From positions 6,759,632 through 6,823,631 of the forward strand of contig CM119271.1 in assembly GCA_051294375.1 (NCBI GenBank): DNA of 64,000 nt, read 5' to 3'. The stretch is from Paraspadella gotoi (lineage: Eukaryota > Animalia > Chaetognatha). Under the pieces are notes generated by a model that worked only from the letters and a program-made list of their open reading frames with translations, was not told where the DNA came from and made no database searches. This document shows positions 12,781-25,600 of the stretch, in pieces. A program made the translations under genes and the position numbers. The first letter of the stretch is position 1, and every line of letters begins with the position of its first letter.

Positions 12781-13570
12781 ACTCCATCTCTTTATTTCCA
12801 TCTATCTTGATCCTTCTCTCCTCTTTCATGATTCTTTTCTCTCTTCTTGGACATGCTTTGCCACTGCCCCTTCAGATCAGAGTGGTCTTTGTTGGAGTTT
12901 CTTTCCAACCGCATCTGATGGAGCGCTGGACGGTGGGGGTTGTAGAGATATGTCCCCCTTTTCCACCCATTTATTTGTTTTGCCTTTTGTTATTACCGTT
13001 TTCTGCCGATAGATGTCTTTTTCTCCTTTTCATTTAGGAGAATTACACTCCTCTTTCCTTTTCTTACCAGATATTCTAGGCAGGTGCTAGATCTGTAGGC
13101 GTACTTTGGCCGGCCGCGTCCCGACCAAACTGCTCTGTTTTTTACGAAGGTTCCAGGACGCCCTCATGTCACATTTTAGTCACCCTTTGATACCGTTCAC
13201 GAGAGGACAGTGATGCTAACGGCCATAGAAGCTACGGACGAGACCTACACGTAAGAACTCGTGGGTAATCTTTACTTGTGTCTCTAGAACTTTGAGGCCA
13301 CCGGTAGCAATAGACTGGTGGACGGAACTCCGTTGGCCCTATGGCCCACATCGATCCACACTTGGTGACGGACAACCTCGGCACGATTACTCCCTCGAAT
13401 CACGGCGAGCCCGACGGTTTCGGCGCACACGCACGTCGTGCTGGGACGTGGCCCACGGCCCACTGTCGGAAGGCGTCAGCAAGGGACATGGCGACGGCGG
13501 TCCCTCCGTAACAGCACAACGGAGGGAAAGCAGAGGCGGCTACAACGAGCAACACGGCAAGTGTTCGTAC

Positions 13571-15424
13571 AACATATAATTAAAAGAGAAAAGAGAGAGA
13601 GAAAAGAAATATAAAAATAGAAGAAAGAAAATTTGTTTTGTTTTTTGATAAAACGTAAACAAAACATTTAAAAACTGTCCAGACATCAATTTTAAGCACA
13701 TCGATGAATGAGAAGCTGTAAATATAAATTTCAGCTTCATAACACCCAAATTTAATCAGAAAAAAGGCGATCTATAATTTGGAAACGACGACGCAACCGC
13801 CACTATGGGCAAAGCGATAAATATCGTCGGCAAACGCTAAACGATTGCGACAATAAAAAATTATTCTGGAATATGAGCCCTATGGCGCTTCCATCCTAAG
13901 CATTTGTAGGATAAAAATACTGATATTACATATAAAAGGGAGAGATCAGGAAGTTTTATTTTTCTTTTTAACCAAAATTAACTTTTAAAAAAAATTACAA
14001 ATTATATCATCAGCCTCTTCTGTAACTTTGGTAGTTAATGAAAACGAAGTTTGTTACCTTGGTGGGCTATTAAAAATTAAAATACTAAAGGAATCTTCAA
14101 CCAAAAAAATCTAATTTCTAGCATAAGCCAAAAACTGAGGCACACAATATAAATCAGTTAGTACTTATAATTTGATATTTTAAAAGAAAACTGAAGCTGC
14201 AGTATGCTTGCAAGTAACTTGAAATACCATAACAATTACAAGGATTAGGTCCTGACTTATAAACCATCGCTCTATGTTATTTATACAGCATAATATACTC
14301 AGTTAACAGTATAAAGTAAGATTACTTTTAAAATATAATTTCCTCCGAATTTTGGACCTCAGGGCATTTTGCCCCATATAATACAATATCTAAAAATCAT
14401 TTGATATATGGCAGTAGGGNNNNNNNNNNNNNNNNNNNNNNNNNNNNNNNNNNNNNNNNNNNNNNNNNNNNNNNNNNNNNNNNNNNNNNNNNNNNNNNNN
14501 NNNNNNNNNNNNNNNNNNNNNNNNNNNNNNNNNNNNNNNNNNNNNNNNNNNNNNNNNNNNNNNNNNNNNNNNNNNNNNNNNNNNNNNNNNNNNNNNNNNN
14601 NNNNNNNNNNNNNNNNNNNNNNNNNNNNNNNNNNNNNNNNNNNNNNNNGGCGAATTAAATGTAACACTCAACAGTACTTGTAACCGGATTTACATCCATC
14701 TCGACCCATTATTGAATACACAATGGTACCAAAAATGTAAAGACTTTTTCATATCGTCTACTCATCTTTGGAAGGGTCCTAAGTAAGGTATACTTCATAA
14801 ATAAGTAGCTGACATAAGGTAAACATGTACTGACCAATCAAATAATTGATAAAACTAAATTTTTCAGATATATCATTAAGTATTATCAAAGAAAATAGTA
14901 ATTTTTCTTATGGGGGGGGTAAATTTTAAGTCCAAACCATGTAATTAATTTTAAAGTACCTTGATGATGAGAATATATATCTAAATTTTCATCTTCATAC
15001 AATTACCAATTCATAAAAAAAGGCGATCTATAATTTGGAACGCCGACGAAGACTGACATCGACACAAGTAATTAAAAAAAAACCAAATGATTAATTGATT
15101 AAAAAAACACAAAAAAAAACGATGTGCGTCCGTCCGTCCGTCCCACCTTAGCAAATAAACTCCAATTACTCGTGATTGGATGGATGGATTAAAATAAAAT
15201 GTTGTGTGTGGGTAGTGAAGTGTGTGATTGAGCTGGATATGAAGTTTCGATGGAATCGTCCGAGTAGAAATGAGTTTAAATGGAAAAAACCAAAACCACT
15301 CTGGATTGACTAATTGTCGTGATTGAGCGACCTGCAATGGATTGTCCCGGGTTCGATCCTGTGATTACACACTTTTATATAAAAATTAATGTAATTGTTT
15401 CATAAACAAAAACAAACAAATCTT
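13571..15424 (+). repeat. Third copy of about 16107-17383, containing an N gap and a copy-specific ~315-bp segment (14671-14985)
   Basis: Direct sequence match from acatataattaaaagag to aaacaaacaaatctt. Confidence 0.9.
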
Positions 15425-15434
15425 NNNNNNNNNN

Positions 15435-15780
15435 AAGAAAAGAAAAGGTATAAAAGAAAAGAAAGAAAGAAGAGAAAAGAAAGAAAGGAAAGAAAGAATA
15501 GAAAGGAAAAAAAAAGGAAAGAAAGAATAGAAAGGAAAAAAAAGAATAGAAAGAAAAGAAAGAATAGAAAGGAAAAAAAGAATAGAAAGGAAAAAAAATA
15601 AAAAGGAAAAAAAAATAAAAAGGAAAGAAAGAATAAAAAGGAAAGAAGGAATAAAAAGGAAAGAAAGAATAAAAAGGAAAGAAAGAATAAAAATGAAAGA
15701 AAGAATAGAAAGGAAAGAAAGATTAGAAAGGAAACCAAGAACAGAAAGGAAAAAATAGAAATAAAAATAAAGAGAGAGTG
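15435..15780 (+). repeat. Purine-rich low-complexity tract (AAAGG/AAAGA/AATAG units); copy at 18-340
   Basis: Directly visible; source of spurious F/L/S and K/R/E ORFs. Confidence 0.9.
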
Positions 15781-17259
15781 ACGAGAAGAAAGAACGAAAT
15801 AAAAACCCGATGTTGCGATAGCAAAATGATAACATAAACAAATGCTAAGCCTAATTTTACGAGTTCAATCCTCATTCAATTTTTTTTTTTTAATAAAAAC
15901 GCAGAGAAAGAGAGAAGCCAAATCGTTTTCGGACGAATCAGCAGCGGCAGCAGCAGAGGCACCCAGAAAAAAAAAAGAAATCAAAAGGCAGCAGCAGAAG
16001 CAGCAGGAGAAAAGAGAGAAAAAGAATAAGCTCCTGCAGAGCCAGCTGCAGACGCGTCTTTTCCCCCTATGAATCAGTGACAAGGGAAAAGAGAGAGGGA
16101 GAGAGACATATAATTAAAAGAGAAAAGAGAGAGAGAAAGAAATATAAAAATAAAAGAAAGAAAATTTGTTTGTTTTGATAAAACGTAAACAAAACATTTA
16201 AAAACTGTCCAGACTCAATTTTAAGCACATCGATGATGAGAAGCTGTATATAAATTTTCAGCTTCATACACCCAAATTTAATCATAAAAAAGGCGATCTA
16301 TAATTTGGAACGACGACGACAACGCCACTTATGGGCAAAAGCGATAAAATATCGTCGCAAACGCTAAACGATTGCGACAAAAAATTATTCTGGATATGAG
16401 CCCTATGGCGCTTCATCTAAGCATTTGTAAGGATAAAAATACTGTATTATACATAAAAGGGAGAGATCAGGAGTTTTATTTTCTTTTAACAAAATTAACT
16501 TTTAAAAAATTACAAATTATATCATCAGCCTCTGTAACTTTTGTAGTTAATGAGATAAAGAATTTGTACCTTGTGGGCTATTAAAAATTAAAATACCTTA
16601 AAAGGAATTCTCAACCAAAAAAATCAAATTTCTAGCATAAGCCAAAACTGTAGAGCACACAATATAAATCAGTTAGTACTTTATAATTTGATATTTTAAA
16701 AGAACACTGAAGCTGCAGTATGCTGCAGTAACTTGAAATACCATACAATTACCAGGATTAGGTCCCTGACTTATAAACCATCGCTCTATGTTATTTATAC
16801 AGCATAATATACTCAGTTACTAGTATAAAGTAAGATTACTTTTAATATAATTTCTCCGATTTTGGCCTCAGGGGCATTTTTGCCCATATATCTAAAATCA
16901 TTTGGATATTGCAGTATGGGTCGAATTAAATGTAACACTCACTTCATCTTCATACAATTACCAATTCATAAAAAAAAGGCGATCTATAATTTGGAACGCC
17001 GACTAAACTGGACATCGACACAAGTAATTAAAAAAAAAAACCAAATGATTAATTGATTAAAAAAACACACAAAAAAAACGATGTGCGTCCGTCCGTCCGT
17101 CCCACCTTAGCAAATAAACTCCAATTACTCGTGATTGGATGGATGGATTTTAAAAAAATTTTGTGTGGGGTAGTAGTGAAGTGTGTGATTGAGCTGGATA
17201 TGAAGTTTCGATGGAATCGTCCGAGTGGAAATGAGTTTAAATGGAAAAAACCAAAACCA

Positions 17260-17330
17260 CTCTGGATTGACTAATTGTCGTGATTGAGCGACCTGCAATG
17301 GATTGTCCCGGGTTCGATCCTGTGATTACA
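17260..17330 (+). repeat. tRNA-like (Cys GCA-type) pseudogene or SINE head; also at ~15300-15370 and ~2345-2420
   Basis: Perfect B box GGTTCGATCC, weak A box TGACTAATTG, loop ctgcaat; stems poorly paired. Confidence 0.5.
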
Positions 17331-17409
17331 ACATTTTATATAAAATTAATGTAATTGTTTCATAAACAAAACAAACAAATCTTTTGTATCAATATAAAAC
17401 ATATCATTT

Positions 17410-17650
17410 AGTAGAAATAGTTTTGAGTTTATTGCAACAACGATTTTTATTAGTACATATATATATATATTTGCACAAATAATTTGTAAAAGTTCACCAA
17501 AACAATTTTTCTATGACGCTGAAGAAGGCTTGTAAACTAAAGCCGAAAACATGTACGTCCTTATGTTACTAATAAAATCGTTGTGCAAAAATCACAACTT
17601 ATTTCTACTAATCCAAACACAACGAAAAGAAAGGAAATTCGCTATGGCCT
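17410..17650 (+). mobile_element. Miniature Penelope-type insertion (inverted partial pLTR, (TA)n, pLTR with hammerhead, tail) with a 13-bp TSD
   Basis: AAACATATCATTT on both sides; 17410-17456 is the inverse of 17564-17610; tail caacgaaaagaaagg is shared with the 28-30 kb element. Confidence 0.85.
17515..17559 (+). ncRNA. Minimal type I hammerhead ribozyme
   Basis: GACG CTGAAGA AGGCTT-loop-AAGCC GAAA(A)CATGTA CGTC: stem I GACG/CGTC, palindromic stem III ACATGT; one extra A in the GAAA run. Confidence 0.8.
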
Positions 17651-17733
17651 AAACATATCATTTTAAAAGATCTTGATAATGAGAAGCCATATCTAAATTT
17701 TTAGCTTCTTACAATTGCACATTATATCCAATT

Positions 17734-20700
17734 TTAAAAAAGCGTCAATAACGTCACTAAGAAGCAATCGTAAACCGAAATCTCACACAAGACGGGCCTA
17801 GGCCCGTCTGGGAGATAAAAATAAGAAAAAGGACTAACATAATAACATACCTTATGACAGGCTTTCCTAAAAAGGGATACGTTCTCCCCACAATACCCAG
17901 GTACGTTTTCTTTGAAAATTTCATTTTCAAAATTCAAAGACTTTTTTTCATAAACTGAAGTTAGATCTTCAGAAATTCTTGGCTTACAAAAAGCATCAAA
18001 TCGATAGCCATTATATTTGTGGTCAACATGTGGTCTTCGGGAGAATGTAACAGTACAATTTTTTAAATCTTTGGGAACCTTGACATAGACGTAGTCAACA
18101 ACTTTACTCATAAATTTCTTAGATAATTCATTTATGAAATTAAACTCGTTCTGGATTTCATCAGCCATGGATAAAATCCCATTCGTAATTTTTCGGGTAT
18201 AAGAAAAAAATTCCCAGGATTCAAGTTTGAATCGATAGTCAACAGAAATGTTATTGACCGAATAATATTTGTAATTGCACTGTATATTGAGCGACTTTTC
18301 CTCCATATTTACAACATAAGCTAAAAAAGACAGTGGCTCTTTAATTTGCAATTTAGACAAATGACTAGTCTTTATGCTAAATATAATTTCGCACAATGCT
18401 TTAAGACGGTCGTTTTCACATGCTGCAAAGTAGATTTGAAAAAAAAGTTCATTTTCACTGAGAATAACAGGGTAATCTTTCTGCCATCCTGCTTCTGGAA
18501 GACATACTACTTTTTCGGGAGACTTATACCTTATCCAGTTGTCAGAATTAGTCAGCGACTCTTTAAAATAAAGAATAGTTTCTCCTTCTTGAGCAGCTAG
18601 TTTGAAATAAGTATTTTGAGATACCTTTTTAAAAATTAAAGAGAAATATTTCTCCTTTGCGTCAGAAGAGTCAGATTTATAAGAGAAAAATTTTAAACCA
18701 CTGACAGTTACTGAAATTTTTTTTTTTGTTTCTTCGATATTTAATGATAGTCTGTGATAATCAGCAAGTGTTTCAAACTGTGAAAAATGGTTACTAGTCT
18801 TTGAATCGCTTTTGCTTTGAGCAATATCTGACAGAAAATTACAAAAACGTTCACAGGTTTGCGACTTAAAAATTTGAGGCGAGGAATATGCTCGAGATCC
18901 ATTAACAAATTCTTCAAAGAACAATATTTTGCAATTTTCGTGATCAACTGATAAAAAGGACGTTTTACTTAAATTGTCAAAGAAACTAGTATAGAAATTT
19001 TGAATTGCATCTGCATATGAGATTGACTCTGAAATCATTTCATGATGAATATCATAATTATTTGCCTTTATTGTAAATGAAAAAGATTTTTCGCCACAGG
19101 AATAAACCAATTCAAAAGTTATACCAGCATTTGAAGAGTATCGTCTCAGTTTTTCTTCAATACCAATGTTACCAACACTAAATGCAGCACTAACGAACTT
19201 AATAACTTTCTCTTCGTTTATATGATTATTGACAGGTAAAGTAATTGAATCAAACTTTTCGATGTCATAAACATGCATTCCGGTTTTCTCATCTAACAGT
19301 TCAAGAGTTTTGGTTTGTTGTATCATATCATAAGATAATGCAAAGTAAGGTTTTTTGGCAAGTTTTTCCCCAAATCTCTGGAAAAGCACATCATTTGATT
19401 TTTCTTCTGAAAGGACTATTTCATCCAAAGACCATAAGATAACCGAATTTATTATTATTTGCATGTTTTTCAAGGTATACTCAGCTTTGTATTTTTTTGA
19501 CAATTGCACAAAATATTTTTCAGTTAAAACTGAATGCTTTAAATAACGTTTAAGAGAACTTAATATAGTTCCAACTAGAGCCACGCAATAAACTTGGTTT
19601 TCCCCTCGAGAATCTTTTGGAAATTCATAATATGACAACAAAAATTCTTCCCTTCTCTTAATTTCACTACTTGCTGAGAGACTATAATTAGGATAAATGC
19701 TAGTGAAAATGATCTCCTTATCAAGAGACATTTCAAGGCATAATATATTGGCCAAAACTATGGTCTTAAAAATTAATGGTTTTTCAAATGTTATGGAAGT
19801 TAATTTCAAATTTCTTTCTATAACATCTGCCGTCAGTGGATCACACTTAATTGAATCATGTACATTTAACAGAAAAGCTTCATAGAAGCGATTGCTCAAT
19901 GAATTCTGCATTTCAACTATGAGAGACCTTTCTTCATCTAGATTCTCACACATTTTTACTAAAGCAGTAATGAAATACTGAAGAAAAACCTTTCTTAATA
20001 TGCTATCAACCTTTTTTCCAACTTTGGAAGCGGAAGTAGGAAAGGATAATTTTCCTGTGAAGAATGAAACTATATAAACTCGTTCATCGTCTAGGACAAG
20101 GTTATATGTACAGATTTGACTTTCTACATCAGTTTCAACCTCAATTTCTACATTATGGCCATTATCTTTTGCAAAAGAGAGCATTGTTTGAAAAATGTTA
20201 GATTCTAAATGACTAATTACAGTTTTTAGCCTCTTAGCAAATTCTTTAAATTTGGAAGAGCATCTGTCAGAAAAATAATGATTTTGAATAGTATAAAATC
20301 CAACTCTAACTGATTTAAGAATATCGGATTTATTTTTCTTTTGTTCATTAAGTATATCAACAGAATTAATTTCGGTCAAACAGTACTTTAAAAAAGTTTT
20401 CAATGCCTCAGATTTAGCTTGATTTTGATCCAATCCAGGAACAAACAACGACAAACAAAAAGTTTCTCCAACTAATAAGTCAAACATAAAACTTCCCGAG
20501 ATAGGCTCATTTGATTCAATTATTACTTCCAGATTTTCTTGTGTTCCTGTATGTTTCAAAAGATTTTCTATTTGCAAAGGAGCTTTCAAAAAAAAAGCCT
20601 TTTTATTTTTAGAAGACACTTGAAATGATTCTATAAACTTCATTAGTTTTATTTCAATACTAGGAAGCAGACTCTGAACACCTTCTTCTTGAAGAAATTG

Positions 20701-22625
20701 TTTTACCACATTTAGAAGAAAATTCGTTTTAAATTTTGGAACTAAATTTACATCATCTAAGCATTGTTTGGAAGAAAATTTCATGCTTTTTCCTATGCTT
20801 AATGTAAGCTCAATCTTGTTTTTAAATTTTCTATCGTTGAATATAAAGGATAAATTATTTTTAATGACAAGATTTTTCATTTCTTGTTCTAAATTAGAAT
20901 TATTGCCACTGAGTTGGTTAAAACTTGTTCTCAGTTTATTGATTCTATTAACTTCAGATGTTACTGGATAATGAGAAAAAGATAACACAATATCGAGATT
21001 TACAGCAGATGAATTATTTTTCTTATGATCAACACTGATAGCACCCGTCGCTGTTTGTTCTTCGGGAGTATATCTTTTAACACTTAAAGTATTTTCTGTG
21101 TTAACAACATTATATTCAGCTGCATGATCTAGTAATTTTTCTGTTTGACACAATTTTTCTAAAGATTTCGGTATTATCAATTGAGGCTCATCTTCTAGAC
21201 GCAGATTACCATTTGAATCACTGAAAAATTTCAGCTTAGTCAAATTGACAATAAGTTTTTTGGATAATTTGTCATCCTCCAAATACTTTGACTGGTCAGT
21301 AGTTTTAATATTAATAGCTTTAGCGGATTCTTTAAACTTCTGCTTTACATACGAGAGAAAACGTCTCTTTGCAAGAGTTAGAGTTTTGACTGAAATAACT
21401 ACCTTAAGATTTACATTTTGATCAATTAATAATGTACATGTGTATTTTCCATTATTTTCAACCAAATTTAAACTTATCTTGATATTCAATTTTTCTGCTA
21501 AAACGTATAGCTCTTTTTCTGTTTGAAAATTTAAAGACACAGCTTTCAATATAAATAAAGAAGATTTATCCTTCAAACCCATATCATTGTGCAAAATTTC
21601 ACTGGTACTTTTAGAAATAAATTCTTTTTGAACAGAATTTTCTCTAGAACTATCCAATTTTTCTGATAAATCATTCTCATCAGAACAAAGACCTGAGGAT
21701 TCAACTTGCATTTGGGGAATCAAAGGTTTTCCTTCTGCAACAATTTCTTCAAAATTTTTCTCTATAATCATACGTTGAACTTGTTCCAAAAAAATTTTTT
21801 TAGCAACAATACGAGATTTGGCATGAATATTCTCTTTTTTAACAGAAACTCCACCAATTTTTAAATTAAAGGAGAAGTAACCTCTAAAGCCTTCATATTC
21901 GAGTTCAAATGTGAGATAAAACTGCGAACATATTTCATTGATGGCTTTTTCAATTAAATCTACAGCCGTCTTAGGATTTTTTTCATCTGGTAAAATCATA
22001 AATCGTTCCTTTAATGCTAACATGCAGTTTTCTAGAGAAAATATTTCACCTGGGCAAGGAACACAATGTGTTTCATAAAAAGAAAGAATAAATCTATTCT
22101 CCAAAATTTTTTTATCCTCTTCCGACAAATGATCCGATATGGAATAAATAGATTTATGCAACTGAAATTCTCCAGCCTTTAATTCAAAGCATATATTGTT
22201 GTTCCATATAATGTGATTAATTAAAACTTTGTGGTCTTCTATTTTGCCAACTTCGTTTAAACTGCTCACAATATCAACATTCGTAAGAGAAGGTATAGAT
22301 TTTAAATGTAAATGATGTTTTACATAGGCAATAAACTTAAAAACATAATCATTGACTTCTTCAACTGCTTGTAAAGTGCAACTTTCCGAAGTCTCTTTTG
22401 GAGGAGAAAATGCTGGCTCAGTTTTGATATTAGGTGCGTCTCGAAATCCCTCCTCTCTGACAGGAATACAATCGTTTTCATCATGCCAAAACTCTGGTTC
22501 AGTTTTAATAACCGTTAGTGTTGGATTTACAGGTATATTTGTATCGACTTGAGAAGTTTCTGATAGGCGACTACTTGATCTAATAGAATCTTCTTTTTCG
22601 GGTCCACGAATACTTTCAACAGAAC
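17734..22625 (-). CDS. Terminal exon (about 1,630 aa) of the repeat protein, with about 11 dsRBD-like units
   Basis: Uninterrupted 4.9-kb ORF in very AT-rich DNA; acceptor ttttgtttag| matches the phase-1 donor at 25353. Confidence 0.88.
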
Positions 22626-25600
22626 CTAAACAAAAATTTAAAATTAATAAGATTCGTCGCATTAAAAAATTCCCTTTATGGACCAAACAAAATGAGTTCC
22701 TGACTTAAAAAATTTATATTTTTAATTAGTAAAACTATATATATCTACTATGCGAAAAATGTGATTACTTTTATAAGTATTCCGAATTACCCCTCACTAA
22801 CCTATTTAAAAATTTAATTTTCAGCTTAAAATATGAGTTTTTATGTCTGTTGTAAGTACATCGCATTCACAGGTTATTTAATATTTAAATAGAGTCTTTG
22901 TGGGAGATACAAGTGCATTTATTTTTTGCCGATATTTCAATTTTTAATCAGGTCATAATGCTTAAACGGAAAAAAGGCTAAAAACTTATCTAAACCTCTT
23001 TAAAATAAAAAACAAGTTTGAGCAAACAATGTCGGATCTGCCCCTCGATCATTATCAGTAATTAATTAATCAAATAATTAATCAGTTATTAATCAATATA
23101 ATTAATTAGTCATCAATCAATCATAAAACAAACATTGCGGATCAAATCAAATTGCCTAATGAATTAAATAATAAACTTGAATTAATTCAAGTTAATTATT
23201 TAATTAATTAGGCAATTTGATCCAAAATGTTTGTTTTGATTGATTAATTGACTAATTAATTAATTATTGATTAATTAACTGATTAATTATTTGATTAATT
23301 AATACATCTTGCATTTAAATTTAAAATAAAAAGAAACATAATTTAAACTCAGTTCCACTCAAACGAATCCATCGAAACTTGATTTCCATTTAATTACGCA
23401 CTTTTCTACCCAAATACAAAATTTCAAGTCAATTGCCCTATCCACTATAAGTAATTGGTGTTCAAATAGTAAAATTTATTTTTTTTTTTCCATTTAAATT
23501 CATTTCCACTCGGACGATTCCATCGAAACTTCATATCCAGCTCCATCACACACTTCCCTACCCACACACAAAATTTCATTTCAATCCATCCATCCAATCA
23601 CGAGTAAATTGGTGTTTTTTGCTAAGGTGGGATGGACGGACAGATGGACATCAGTTTTTTTTGCATAATTTATCATTATTCGATGTTTTGACATGATATA
23701 AGTGAATGCCCAACCAGATTGAGGGGGCGGACCAAGGGACAACAAAGTTAATTATAGAGTCGGGATCTGCTGATAAGAGATCCGACTAAAATAAAAAATA
23801 AATGTTGATGTTCGGGTGTAGGGGGGGGCCAGGGCTTCGCCCTTTTTCTGTTCAAGCATTATGACCTGATTAAAAATTATCCAATCTCTCTCTCTTTCTC
23901 TCTATCTAATGCTATGACTTTTGATCTCAATCACTTGTAACTGAACTGCCTTAAAAAATGATTCCGCTATGTGAATAGGAATATTGGCAAAAAAATAAAT
24001 AAAAAACAAATAGACTACAGAAGGCTTCATATTATAAAATGTGGTACTTTTTTGTGACCAGAACACGTTCCGAGAAAACTATCGAATAGATTTTAATGAA
24101 ATTTGGTATGAACGATCCCTATGTGAATACAAATAGAAATATCGAGGCGAATTTCAATATTTGATCCCTGAGCCGAGATATGAGGCCCGGTAGGGGTCAC
24201 TCATGGGGGCAAAAAATGGTCAAAATTTATCTTTAATTTTTTATTTTTTTTTGTTTTGAACAGTTGCCCAGACATTTACTCTTCCACAAAAATGTATTTA
24301 TTTCCACAAAAATATTAGTTTACCATAGGTTTCAGCTTCATGAACATCAGCTGTTCAAGTGAGATTTGGAATAATTCTGGAAAATTTGGAGAAAAACGAT
24401 GAACCATGCATCTTCAACCGATTAATTAGCAAAAAATTTATTAATTTTAGTTTTAAAAAATATTTTTATATGTTTAAAACATCGATAAACCTGGTTCTAC
24501 TAAAAAATTATAAAAAATGGAATAAAATTGTTTATCCTTTTTTGGCCCCCCAGGGGTCCAGCCCCAGGGCCCTGTATCTCTTGTCCAGGGTTGAATTTTA
24601 AAATTCACCTCGATAGTTCCATTTATATTGTCATTAGAACTCTAAATGTAAAATTTCATGAAATTCGATCTGGTAGTTTGGTGGGAACAGATTCTGGTCA
24701 CAAAAAAGGGGTACCACATTTTATAATATGAAGCCGTCTGTATTTAAATGAGTTTTTATGATTTTTTATCTACTTAATGAAAGAATTTTTAAAATTAATT
24801 GTTCAATTAAATAATTTGTAAGGACAAATATATAGAAATTAAATACAAAATATAGTATCATAAATTGTAAGAACTCATCTTTGACATTAATATTTTGAAA
24901 AATATATTTAACAATAGAGTCTGCACGATATGTTACAGTCAACTAACAGAACCATTGATACACACTGTAATATGACAACACCAGAGGTAAGAGGGGCCCT
25001 CACGGCAATTGGTAAGAGGCCCCGCGCCCAAGGCATCACAAAACACCCCTGCTGTTGCTAAAAAACTTTTTTAAAAACATTTTCTTTGGTTCGATAATTA
25101 CTAAAAATTTTTTTCAATATTTTTCTAAATTGTAATAGAAAAAATAAAGAAGTAGTAGTAGAGCTTTCAGTAAAGCCATTATCACACAATGTTCACACAC
25201 CGAGTAGTCAATTTTAATCAATCCTTGAATTTTTCAGTTAAAATCATAAAAAAATTACTTGGTTATAATGTATAATGTTCAGCACTGAGATATTTTAAAA
25301 ATGAACATCTAACATATTCTAAATGCAATAAAGATAAGGTTAAAAAACTTACTTTCGTTTAGTAATTCAACTTGATCAATAATATCATCCAAGCAGGTTT
25401 TGGCAGAACCATCCAAAATAAAATCTGTCGAAATATTGAAGTGACTCGAAGGAAAATCCATCCAACTAAGTTTTTTTACCAAAACAATTGGTTGTTTAAA
25501 ATTGGTTTTCATAGAATTTTCTTCTATAAGATCATCTAAATCCACATCTATATCCAAATCAAGCAAAATAGTGTCACTTTCTGAATTACAATTTTCAATT

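Noticed and set aside
12845-12890. Minus-strand ctgaaggggcagtggcaaagcatgtcc, hammerhead-like
   Set aside because: Both core boxes deviate (CTGAAGG, CAAAG) and stem II is weak; it cannot be supported in noisy sequence.
17260-17330. Functional tRNA gene
   Set aside because: A B box is present but the acceptor and anticodon stems do not pair; treated as a SINE or pseudo-tRNA.
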